Part shown: piece after piece, positions 13,431 to 23,181 of the stretch | Position numbering within the stretch: the stretch's first letter is position 1 | Layout: each line of letters starts with the position of its first letter | NCBI GenBank assembly: GCA_026936335.1 | Contig: JAPMXV010000077.1 | Coordinates: 1 to 64,000 of the forward strand | DNA: 64,000 nt | Source: Mantamonas sphyraenae STR306 | Taxonomy: Eukaryota > Protista > CRuMs | Direction of reading: 5' to 3' | Position numbers and translations under genes: made by a program | Notes under the pieces: generated by a model | Database searches by the model: none | Seen by the model: the letters and a program-made list of their open reading frames with translations, nothing else | What the model was told of the DNA's origin: nothing

Positions 13431-14902
13431 TCACTCAATGCTTCCCCCTCCTCCACTTCCGACCCATCATCCGAAGCTGTGTCATATCCAGACGAGGATC
13501 TTGCAGTGCTCGTGCTCGTGCTCGATACCGCCCGTGTCGTCGTTGCTGCTCCACCATCACCCCCCGACCTTGTCCGAGACGCCTCTCCCTCCCACGCATT
13601 CTCCACAAGCTCATCAAACAGTTCTTTCTCCTCATCCGATGGCCCTGATCCGCTTGCGCCAGCCCCTGGGTCCTCACAAATGTGCCGTAGCAAGCGCCAG
13701 TTGACGCCGTCGTCAGCAAACTCTTCCTTCAGGATGTCGTTCAACCAGGCTGCACGTGAGTTGATTTCGCTTCTTCGTGACCGCCTATGTCCCCGTTCCT
13801 CCCGGATGAAAAAGAAGCGCCCATTGTGTCGTTCATCAGCCGCCTGGATGGTCAAGGTACGGGGTATGTCTCTCAGCACCATGTCCTCCTTCACCTGGCC
13901 ATTCACTTCTTTCCATGCGATATGCAACATTCCCTTCGTAGGTTCGTTCCACACCACGGCAGACGGCTCCCCGTCCTCGTTGGAAGGCTTCTGCAGCTTC
14001 GATTTTGCCTCGTCCCACATCGCCCTATCTTCGAAATACAAGGCACTGGCCCACGAGATTGCGCTTCCAGGCCCAACATCCAACCATGCGATATGGCAGA
14101 TGAGCCACCGCTGAAAGACCTTGTACTCTGTACTGAATGCCTTCTGGGCAACCAATTGAAGGCGTTCATAGACGTAACTCTGGTTGATGCGGTTTCTTGT
14201 TGCATGCAATTCAGCAATCTTTCGTGCAGTCGTAGCATTTCCGTCACACCACTGTTTGAACCTGTCAAACTGTGCCTTCAGGACATCGTCCATGCCCTCC
14301 CTGTTCAGATCCCCAACGACGCTGCCAAATCCCGACGCCAGCTTGCGCAGAGCCGAGCCTCCTTCGAGTGTCTCTTTGCGATGAACAACCTCCCGGTGCC
14401 ATTTAGCCGCCATTGCGTCCAGGAACTCCAAACATGCTGCGTCTTCCTCCTTGCACCAGTGTGTGTCGCCGACACCGGCCATGAACGCCTTCCACACTCG
14501 CTTATCCACAGCTTTGTGCTTCTTGAGCAATTCCATGACCTCACTTGAGCAGTAATGCTCCCACTCGCCTTCTGTCAGCATGCCAGTGTCTTTGTGGCCT
14601 TGCTGAAACACGGCTTGCGCATCACAGTGTGGACACGGTCCTCTTCTGCGGCTGCTGCTGCTGCTGCTGGAGGACGAGGACGAGGAGACGCTGATTCCGG
14701 CGTTTTGAAAGATCATTGTGGTCTCCTCTGGGTCAGAAGCAGGCTCTGCTCTGGCTGCTGCTGCTGCTTGCCGCGGAGGGGGAGTGCAAGTGAACTTGAC
14801 TCCATTCGCCTCATACGACACTGTGTACCCATGCTCGATGCACAACTTGCTCAGGGCAATAAAATCTGGAAGGTATTCACTCTGAATGTTGTGGGTGCTC
14901 AT
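13322..14902 (-). CDS. Hypothetical protein, paralog 1; possible inactive tyrosine-recombinase-fold protein
   Basis: Long ORF, probable start MSTHN at 14902. Alignable end to end with 15556-17232 (CxxCDA, THWCKxEDAAC, GPxSAxSWASAxYFED, AWK, WLNxxLK, VNWRLxRH, PSDEEKEL), with an acidic tract and a conserved basic tail. The CDS is well supported and the fold is inferred. Confidence 0.7.
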   Translation of the reverse strand: MSTHNIQSEYLPDFIALSKLCIEHGYTVSYEANGVKFTCTPPPRQAAAAARAEPASDPEETTMIFQNAGISVSSSSSSSSSSSSRRRGPCPHCDAQAVFQQGHKDTGMLTEGEWEHYCSSEVMELLKKHKAVDKRVWKAFMAGVGDTHWCKEEDAACLEFLDAMAAKWHREVVHRKETLEGGSALRKLASGFGSVVGDLNREGMDDVLKAQFDRFKQWCDGNATTARKIAELHATRNRINQSYVYERLQLVAQKAFSTEYKVFQRWLICHIAWLDVGPGSAISWASALYFEDRAMWDEAKSKLQKPSNEDGEPSAVVWNEPTKGMLHIAWKEVNGQVKEDMVLRDIPRTLTIQAADERHNGRFFFIREERGHRRSRRSEINSRAAWLNDILKEEFADDGVNWRLLRHICEDPGAGASGSGPSDEEKELFDELVENAWEGEASRTRSGGDGGAATTTRAVSSTSTSTARSSSGYDTASDDGSEVEEGEALSDEEDEYGSDASKASGKRTVQRTSTRRTRRRTNVSGA

Positions 14903-15555
14903 GGGGACCCATGGATTTGTTTGGGGGGGTGGGGCGCCAACCACACCACCCCTCACACCCTCCAACCCACACGCATCCCGCCCACATCACCCGCATTTCC
15001 ATTCCTATCACCTCCATCCCAAACGCCTGTCACATGTGACCGTGTTGCATGCATGCATGTGCTGCCTTTTCCAGCCAGCCGATCTCAGTTTCATTTTCCA
15101 GCTTTGCGCCGCAGCACTGCACAAAACGCGTCCTCCAGGCAGCCACAAGGGTCTTTGAGGTCCCAACTTTGGGCACAGGTGTGAGCATGCATGTTTTCAA
15201 TCCCCCGCCAGACTCCCATGTGTACACATGCTTCGGTGTGCGTGGTTGATGCGAAAAAAGCGCCCCCGGCTGCTGCGGCAACACGCGGGGGCGGTGCCAC
15301 GGCAGGCAGCCACCAAAAAAAAAGTGGCGGTGAGATGTGCACACTTGCACATCTCCCCTCCCCCGGGCAACCACAAGGGTCTGTTGAATCCACAATCACG
15401 CCCATGTATGTGCATACCCATGCGCATCCTCCTACTTGGTTGTCAAGAGTACGCAATGCATCGGTATGATGTTTGGTGTGCAAATATGCGATTCCAAGGC
15501 TCGGCAATCCGCGGCAATCCGCGGCAGACACCGGCACGCGTTTCTACATCTATTT

Positions 15556-17232
15556 CTATACACCTGAACCATTGGTCCTGCGCCGAGTCCTCCTCGTTGA
15601 TGTCCTCTGCACTGTACGCTTGCCTGACGCCTTGGATGCGTCGCTGCCGTACTCGTCTTCCTCTTCCTCCTCCTCCTCCTCCTCCTCCTCCTCCTCCTCC
15701 TCCTCCTCCTCTTCCTCGTCTTCCTCGTCTTCCTCGTCCCCTTCATCCACAGACATTTCGTAAGACGATGTTGTTGTTGTTGCTGACGACGATGACGACG
15801 AAGATGAGCTCACCGCGGCGGTCGTCGTCCCGGGCTCCCACACATTCCTCAGGAGTGTGCTCCACAACTCTTTCTCCTCATCTGACGGCCCGGGACCGCT
15901 TGAGCCACCCTCTGGCTCTTGGGCGGCGTGCCGCACAAGTCTCCAGTTCACATGACAATCCCTGAGCTCGTTCTTCAGCACTTGGTTCAACCAATGCTCA
16001 CGCCGCACAATCTGTGTGGCTTCGCTACGGTGATTCCTTTTTTCTGGGTTCAGAAAAAAGTACCTTCTTGATTGGGCCGATAGCGTCTCCTCCTGGTGAG
16101 CAACGCAGATTCTCGCGCTGTAAAAGACTTCAAGCAGGTGTTCGGCTTCGAGCACTTGGCCGGTCCTATCCTTCCATGCGACCTTCAGCAGGCATTTTTC
16201 GGTGTCATGCAACACCGCTGCTGACCGGACTCCCCTTGCGTGTGGCTGCAGCGTTGTCTGGTGTCGTTTCCACAGTTCCTCGTCCTCAAAGTACGTCGCA
16301 CTTGCCCACGACATCGCACTGGCAGGTCCCTTGTTGCTGCATGCCAGGGTGCAAATTAGGAAAGGCTGTACGAGGTCAAAGTATGAGTCCGTGTTGGGTT
16401 TTTGCAGACACTTCTTGCACATTTCCCGCAAGTAGCTGGGCGTGAGTTTTTTCCTGGCAGCACTGAGCTTTGCAACACGTGCAGCATCCTCCATGATACT
16501 CCCACACCAGTTTTCGAAGCTTTCAAAGCACGACCTTTGCTCACTGGTCATGGCCCCATTGGCCCTTTCACTTTGTCCCACGACCAGACGAACCACGGCC
16601 TTCACCTCTAAAGCCAGCCTCTTGAGGCCGGGGCCACCTTCGTATTTCTCCGCACTCTCCTCAACACATCCACGCAGCACATCTGCCAGTGCACGGAGGA
16701 ATCCTGTGCATGCTGCGTCTTCTACCTTGCACCAGTGCGTCGCCCGCGTGCCGTCCATATAAGCCCGCCACACACGTCTTTTCGCACTTTCGTATGCGCA
16801 GAGCTCTTTGAAGACCTCTGAAGAGCTGTAGCGCTTCCAGGTACCGCGTTTCATGGCGTCCAACTTCTCCTTGCGACTCTGTGTGTCGTTGGCAAACACC
16901 GCCCGCGCGTCGCATTCCGCACAGGCACCCCCACGCCTCCTCCTGCTGCTGCTGCTACTGCTGCTGCTGCTGCTGCTGCGAGAGGAGTCCCTGTCCAATT
17001 GTCCGTCTTGTTCCAGGACTGCGGACTGCACCGTACCAAGCTTGGACGCCACCTCTTGGCCTGGGGACGCCTGCCTGTACGTGATTTTCACGCAGACGCC
17101 TTGAGGCCTTGCGTCAAGCTCAATACCAGCAACCCCTGGGGGAGGTTCTCTCATCCATCTCTCGGTAAGGTCCTCGACCCTGTCCCAGAACATCATCTCC
17201 GATTTCCATCTCTCATTGTCGTGTGTGCTCAT
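15556..17232 (-). CDS. Hypothetical protein, paralog 2; possible inactive tyrosine-recombinase-fold protein
   Basis: Long ORF, probable start MSTHD at 17232. Same motifs as paralog 1. Poly-Glu is encoded by a (TCC)n tract at ~15660-15735. Confidence 0.7.
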   Translation of the reverse strand: MSTHDNERWKSEMMFWDRVEDLTERWMREPPPGVAGIELDARPQGVCVKITYRQASPGQEVASKLGTVQSAVLEQDGQLDRDSSRSSSSSSSSSSSRRRRGGACAECDARAVFANDTQSRKEKLDAMKRGTWKRYSSSEVFKELCAYESAKRRVWRAYMDGTRATHWCKVEDAACTGFLRALADVLRGCVEESAEKYEGGPGLKRLALEVKAVVRLVVGQSERANGAMTSEQRSCFESFENWCGSIMEDAARVAKLSAARKKLTPSYLREMCKKCLQKPNTDSYFDLVQPFLICTLACSNKGPASAMSWASATYFEDEELWKRHQTTLQPHARGVRSAAVLHDTEKCLLKVAWKDRTGQVLEAEHLLEVFYSARICVAHQEETLSAQSRRYFFLNPEKRNHRSEATQIVRREHWLNQVLKNELRDCHVNWRLVRHAAQEPEGGSSGPGPSDEEKELWSTLLRNVWEPGTTTAAVSSSSSSSSSATTTTSSYEMSVDEGDEEDEEDEEEEEEEEEEEEEEEEEEEEDEYGSDASKASGKRTVQRTSTRRTRRRTNGSGV

Positions 17233-17262
17233 GGGGAGGGCTGTGTTGGATGGATGGGGGGG

Positions 17263-17344
17263 TGTCAAAGTTCGTGTCAAAGTAACTGAGCGCGTGCCTT
17301 GCCAAATTTGAGAGCGCTGGTCAAAGTAACTTTTAACTTTGACC
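17263..17344. promoter_or_regulatory. Cluster of four GTCAAAGT motifs, including a perfect inverted repeat GGTCAAAGT-N8-ACTTTGACC (17319-17344)
   Basis: Direct copies at 17264, 17276 and 17320 and an inverted copy ending at 17343. Lies in the divergent intergenic region between the 17232(-) and 17701(+) starts. Confidence 0.55.
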
Positions 17345-17700
17345 CGTCCATTCGGCTACCCCTGTCCTACATGCATCCAATCGACCCGTAACCACTACTA
17401 TTGCCTTTCCCAGTTGATGCCAACCCAGGATCTCGCGTGGCTTGCTCCAGAATGACCTCTCCCAGGTGTGAGCGCCCTGCAAACTGTTGGCGCGAAAGCC
17501 ACCCGCATTCGCGGCCACCGCACAGGCTGAGGAGAACCCACCGCACCTCATACCATTGAATTCCACGTCTAAACAGACATGGACAGCGCCTCAACAGCGC
17601 CATCCGCATCAAACACCAGCCATTGTGCGTGAGAGTGACGCCAGCGTCAATTGAGCGCGCGGTTCTGGCGCCAATACTTCAAACCACCGCCTGAACAACC

Positions 17701-19122
17701 ATGGACAACACTCCCCCTTCCCAAGACACCCGAGACCCATCCAATGAGTCTCTCCCCTCCACTCCCCCCTCCTCGACGCATCGAAAGCGCTCCCGAAATG
17801 CGCTTGAGGACGGGTCCGAGATCGCTGATCACGATCAACCCGATGCCGCCCGCCAACGCGTGCTCGCGGACGAATCACACAGCCGTGGGCCAGCCGACCA
17901 TGAGCCGACGGCTTCACACCCCCCAACGATGACCATTGAATCGGAATTGCCCGAAGAAAGTCCCGAAGAAACCGAGGAAGACGACGTGGAGTCGCCCGAA
18001 AAAAGCGACAACGAGGACGAAAACGACATGGAAAGCGACGACGCAGACGACGGTCAGGACCAAAGCATCGATGTTTCCAATTCCCCCTCTCTCGACGACT
18101 CCAGGTCGGTCAGCTCATCAAGCTCTTCCGGCTCCTCAAGCACAAGAGGCACACGCACGAGTCGTGTAGATCGTCACATCAGTGACGTGTACAACAACAC
18201 CACGTCCAGCGAGGATGACTTCAACCTCAGGATCCTCACCTTTGACAAGAGGCCAAATGCCAAGCTCACCACCGCCACAAACGCTGCCAGCAAGCACTTT
18301 GACCACCAAGCAGCCGTAGATGTGCTCCTGCTTGGCTTGAATGGTACCTTGGGGCCACCAAACGCAAGCACCCTCCTCGCTGAAGACAATGCGTTCCAGC
18401 TCGTCTGCATCGAACCATCCCAGGGGCTGTGGCTCCATCGTACCGTCAACAACAGATGGGTCCTCGTGTCTGAAACACCCGGTCCCCATGCCCCACCTCT
18501 GCAGCCCCTCTTTGATTTGGCCTCGCTCGTCAAAGGTGCGGTTCCGTTCACGCGTGACCAGCCGGCATCCAACGCGTTGGCAAACTGGAATTCCACGTGG
18601 AATGCACTCTCCAAAAAGATCAACCTGGACCGCGTCCTGTGCACGATTCGCCGTAAGCTGCATGTCAACCTCACCGACAACGTCAAGGCCGCAATCGCCG
18701 AAAACACAAACTTGCGCGTCCACACTTTCGCGGTGGAAACGTTCTTCAGCTTCCACGAGGGCAAGAAATTTGGGAATTACCTGCGTACCACCCGCAAGGA
18801 GGTGGAGGCAATTGAACAGCAAGCTGGGCTGCCCATTGGCCTCTTCTTGCACATGGCCACGCACTCTCGCAAGTCCATTGGGCGCAGATTTCAGAACGTC
18901 AGCAATCCACCAGGCTTGACCAACAACCAGCACGGAGAACGATTTGATCACATCACCGTCTCCAATGCAGGCAAGCAGGTGCTGGAAGCTTTCAAGAGAG
19001 CCAATAGCGAATGTGCCGCCAGCACCCCCAGTGAACCCGCCAGCACCAGCACCCCAAGTACCCCAACTGAAACCGCCAGCACCAGCACCCGCACACGCGG
19101 AAGAAGAAGAAGAGCAGGATGA
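17701..19122 (+). CDS. Hypothetical protein (473 aa): acidic disordered N-terminus, globular core, basic tail
   Basis: ACCATGG start, long ORF with protein-like composition, RGRRRR C-terminus. No family recognised. Confidence 0.7.
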   Translation: MDNTPPSQDTRDPSNESLPSTPPSSTHRKRSRNALEDGSEIADHDQPDAARQRVLADESHSRGPADHEPTASHPPTMTIESELPEESPEETEEDDVESPEKSDNEDENDMESDDADDGQDQSIDVSNSPSLDDSRSVSSSSSSGSSSTRGTRTSRVDRHISDVYNNTTSSEDDFNLRILTFDKRPNAKLTTATNAASKHFDHQAAVDVLLLGLNGTLGPPNASTLLAEDNAFQLVCIEPSQGLWLHRTVNNRWVLVSETPGPHAPPLQPLFDLASLVKGAVPFTRDQPASNALANWNSTWNALSKKINLDRVLCTIRRKLHVNLTDNVKAAIAENTNLRVHTFAVETFFSFHEGKKFGNYLRTTRKEVEAIEQQAGLPIGLFLHMATHSRKSIGRRFQNVSNPPGLTNNQHGERFDHITVSNAGKQVLEAFKRANSECAASTPSEPASTSTPSTPTETASTSTRTRGRRRRAG

Positions 19123-19307
19123 GCAGCAAAAGGCGAGCTTGCGTCACAGACGACTTCGACAACCAATGCAATCATGTCGGTTTTCCACCATGCGCCCCCG
19201 CATGCAAGGGTTCACCACATCACAAAACAACCCAACCCCCAACTCACTGCCATCAGTGAGAAGTGCCCCACCAATCCCAATCCATCGGATCACCCCAGCT
19301 TCCGCCC

Positions 19308-20957
19308 ATGTCCACCGTCGATTACGTATTCGTCACAACACCCCAAGGCTGGTATCAGCTGAAAGCCACCTCTGCTTCCAACCCGCAGCGCTTTCCATCC
19401 TCATCCAAACCCACACACACTCGCGCCGCAACAAAGCAAGTGCAAGTCCCAGCCGAGGTTGCCCAGCGTGTTTTGCCCGGCGCTGGCAAATCCCACCGCC
19501 GCAAATCCCCGCAGTTCTCCCCGGAGCGTGCAGAGGGAGACAACGGCCTCGGCACATCGACTGTGCCAGCCCAATCGCAATATGGTCTTGATGAGCAGCT
19601 GCACACACCGTTTCAACTCGCTGCCGGTTCCCCATTGCCTGCCAGCGCCCTCGACGCAGCGGAACAATGGACCCTTTTCCGCGCGACCTGGCAGCACCGT
19701 TCCTCAACCGACCTTCCCGAGGGATGGGACGCCTCATTTGCCATCAAAGTGCTCCACAGGGACACAGAAACGCATGCCAAAGCCTGCTTTCTGCGTGACC
19801 TCGGCCCGCTCAAGCTGTACGTCAAGCGATGGCTGCGCACAGCAAAGGTGACCAAACACGCCAACCAGCGCGAAAACCAGCGCTACCAGCATGTGAAGCA
19901 ATGGAAGAAGGATCTGGACAAGGCTGTGCTTGTTCTGGAGGGCGTCCATCTGCACGTGGTCACCCCTGCCTGCAGGGTGGTCTTCCACACGGGTGACCAC
20001 GTTGTGAAAACGGGCATTCCCGCCAACGAGTGCGTGCATCCCGAGTTCCTTTCGCTCCCAGGCAGCCAGCCGCGAGGCATTTCTGCTCGACCGTGGTGGC
20101 AGATCAGCTCCAGAAGGTACCAGGTGCTGGATGTGGACACACTGCCGACCATGTTCAAGGAACTGCTGGATGAACGCCTGCGTGAGGGCAAAGCGCTGCG
20201 GCTGGAGAACGACGACGAAGCGCACTGGCTGGCCACCTACCGGGACGTCACTCTGGTGCACACCAGCATGGGACGCACCGTTGTCCTCGACTCCACTTGG
20301 ACAGTCGATTGTGTCCTTCCTTCCTGGCATGTGTGTCGTGTGCCCATTCCTGGCACAGCCAACTTCCGAGATGCAGTCACGCGCAGATCGAGCGCCTGCA
20401 GCAGCTGCCAGTCCAGCCAGGACGACGACAGCGACAGCAGCAGTGAATGGAGTGAATGGGACTCAGACAGTGACTCATTCGATGAAGAGTGGGATTGGGA
20501 GGAACAGTGGACTCTGTCGGACGATGGACGCACACTCTGGAGCTGGGGCGACTCGGACGAAGAGGCGCTGGACGTGGTCGAACGCGTCTTTGACGAATGT
20601 CGGCCGACCTTTGCCATGGACGATGCAGACACGATCTTTGATGTGCCCGAGGCAAGCAGGGTCAACCACGACCTGGTGGAGCAATTGAGCAGCGAGCTCG
20701 GGCTGACGCTGAACGCAACCGTGCGCAAGGCATGGCCAAGCAGAGGTCTGTTTTGGCGTGCATTCGTCGGCTACGAGGAACTGGACGACCATTCCGCACA
20801 CTGTGTGTTGCTGGAGGTGGACACCATGTTGGACAAGGACGCCGTGGCCTGGGTCGTGTGCATCGGCCAGTCGTACTTTCTGCTCGACACATCGCTGGAG
20901 GTGGTGGAGAGTGCAACCTGGGCCTGGGATGCAAAGGACTTTGTAGAGGCAAAGTGA
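19308..20957 (+). CDS. Hypothetical protein (~550 aa), Trp-rich and acidic C-half
   Basis: Long ORF with first ATG at 19308 (MSTVDYVF). No family recognised. Confidence 0.65.
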   Translation: MSTVDYVFVTTPQGWYQLKATSASNPQRFPSSSKPTHTRAATKQVQVPAEVAQRVLPGAGKSHRRKSPQFSPERAEGDNGLGTSTVPAQSQYGLDEQLHTPFQLAAGSPLPASALDAAEQWTLFRATWQHRSSTDLPEGWDASFAIKVLHRDTETHAKACFLRDLGPLKLYVKRWLRTAKVTKHANQRENQRYQHVKQWKKDLDKAVLVLEGVHLHVVTPACRVVFHTGDHVVKTGIPANECVHPEFLSLPGSQPRGISARPWWQISSRRYQVLDVDTLPTMFKELLDERLREGKALRLENDDEAHWLATYRDVTLVHTSMGRTVVLDSTWTVDCVLPSWHVCRVPIPGTANFRDAVTRRSSACSSCQSSQDDDSDSSSEWSEWDSDSDSFDEEWDWEEQWTLSDDGRTLWSWGDSDEEALDVVERVFDECRPTFAMDDADTIFDVPEASRVNHDLVEQLSSELGLTLNATVRKAWPSRGLFWRAFVGYEELDDHSAHCVLLEVDTMLDKDAVAWVVCIGQSYFLLDTSLEVVESATWAWDAKDFVEAK

Positions 20958-21975
20958 GCGTTGGGGATGATGTTGCACACGCGCGGCAGCAGACACGAGG
21001 ACAGGGCACGACACGACACGAGACAACACACAACCACGACACCACAAATGGCAACACAGAAAGCACAGCAGCAGCAGACCACGCAACCATGCGACGTGTC
21101 TGTGGCTGCCGTGTGCGTGTTTGCCACCACAGAACGAGCAAAGGGGCAGAACGACGATGACGGGGGGAATGAGAGGGGCAAGGGGACGCCGACATACGGC
21201 ACCCAAGGCCCCCCTTTCACCCCCATCCGTCGTCCTCCTCCCTTGCGCATCATGAGTTTGCATTGCGCCTTCTGAATGGTTTGTACAACGGGGTTTGATC
21301 AGGCCTTTCTTGGGTGGTGTCAGCCAGGAAGAGTGTGAGTCCAGGGTGTTTTCACATGCAAAACACACCCTGGGCTTGCACTGCATTTCTGGCTGGCTGA
21401 TCCACGAAAGGCCAGGGCCACACCCCGTTGATACACACCTCCAGCTGAGGACCGAAAGCAGCCTCGCACAAAGACGGGAATGCGTCAGGGGCCGGAATAT
21501 GCACCGGCGACCGTAGAGGAAGGGAAAAGACAACAACTCCGGTTCCTCTGCGGTCGGCGTGTGTGTCCATTCCGGCCCTGCGTAGCACCCGGCTTTCTGC
21601 GACCTGGTCTCGGTCCACAGTTGAAGAAGCGACGGCGCGATGTACAATTCGGTGCGAATGTGGCCAAAAAGAGAGAAATGTGCGTGTGGTGATGTGTGGG
21701 CGTGGGCGTGGACTGGGCGTGGACTGGACTTGGTGTGTGTGTGTTGAGCAGCAGCAGCAGAGAGTGCGTGGGACATCCATGTCGGGGGCAGTTTGCAGGT
21801 TCTGCACCGCAACAAAAACCAAATTTCCTGTAAAGTGGGTCCATGACACAATGCCAATGGGGATGATGGCTGAGGGAGGACCTGTCCAAGCCAAAGCGGC
21901 GCCCAACGAAAAGAAAAAAGGGGCCCAAAACACACGCTTTTCATGTTCGCCAGCAGCACCGCCGGCCACACAGAC

Positions 21976-23142
21976 ATGGAGCACACCACGCCACCACCAC
22001 CACCACCGGCTGCACATCGACACATCTCCATCGACGCGGGCGGGGTCAAGGGAATCGTGCCGTGCATTCTGCTGCGCGAGGTCCAGCTGCGCAGCAGAGT
22101 GAGCGACGTGCGGCAGTTGGCGGATTCCTGGTCAGGAACCTCCATTGGCGGCCTGCTTTGCCTGGCCCTGAACTACGGCGTACCGACCACACCCGCAGAT
22201 ACAGACGACAATGAGCCATCCACAGCCACGCCTGCATTCCGGTACTCATTTGAGACACCCATCGACGCAGGGCGCTTCTTGTTCACCGAGGCCGGATCCC
22301 TTTTTCGGCAGCTGCTGGACGTGGACACGTTTGCCAGCAACTTCCAGGCCGAGGGCATGGCCAGGTTCGCCCATCGCAAGTGGGTGCTTGGCCATGAGCC
22401 CACTGCACGTGACTATGCACATTTGGTTGCCAGTGTGGCGTACTATGCACCGTGGGCGGCGACGGGGGCCACGGGCAACTGGTTGGGCTCCACGCTTTTG
22501 CCAGACAAGCTGACGAGCTGGTGGTCATCGACGCGGGTGGGACGCACAGTGACGGCGTACACGCCGATGGAATGGGAAACAGGCGTGGAGCAAGACATGG
22601 CCATGATTGACAACCTGGCACTGTACGACAAGAGCGACGGGGAGGCGTACGTGCGTGATCTGCTGGCCGACCAGTTTCCCGACGGCGGATGCATTGCCAC
22701 TGCGTCGTCGGTGTACATCACCGTGTTGGATGCCACAGACATGAACACTCATCTGCTGGAGTTTGTGGGAAGCAGGCAGGAGCGGAAGAAGGGAGGCGAT
22801 GGGCCTGGGTGCGAGGACCAGGGCTACCCGCAGCTGAACCAGACCAAGTACATCCGCGTGGCGGCCCAAGCCACGTCGGCTGCGTATCCCTTCATTCCGG
22901 CGGTGACCATGCGCTGTGGATGTGCGGACCAGTCGTGTGTGGACGACCAACCGTGTCCTTGCAATGACGACGATCGCCGATTGCCCACGGACAAGCGTGC
23001 CTGGGAGGTGCACGACCGCACTGTGATTCCAAACGGACACAAACTCATCGACGGTGGCTTCTTTGCCAACAATCCCGTCCTGCCTGCCTTTGCACGGGTC
23101 GAACACGCCCTGGACTCGGCCTCATCCTCAGCCACGGCCTCC

Positions 23143-23181
<39 letters not shown>

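Noticed and set aside
13322-17232. Active integrase or protelomerase
   Set aside because: No box I Arg or C-terminal catalytic Tyr is identifiable, and the chromosome end has ordinary TTAGGG repeats.
20475-22145. 556-aa minus-strand ORF
   Set aside because: Antisense to better-supported genes and spans CA/GT-rich spacer. Typical stop-poor GC-rich shadow ORF.
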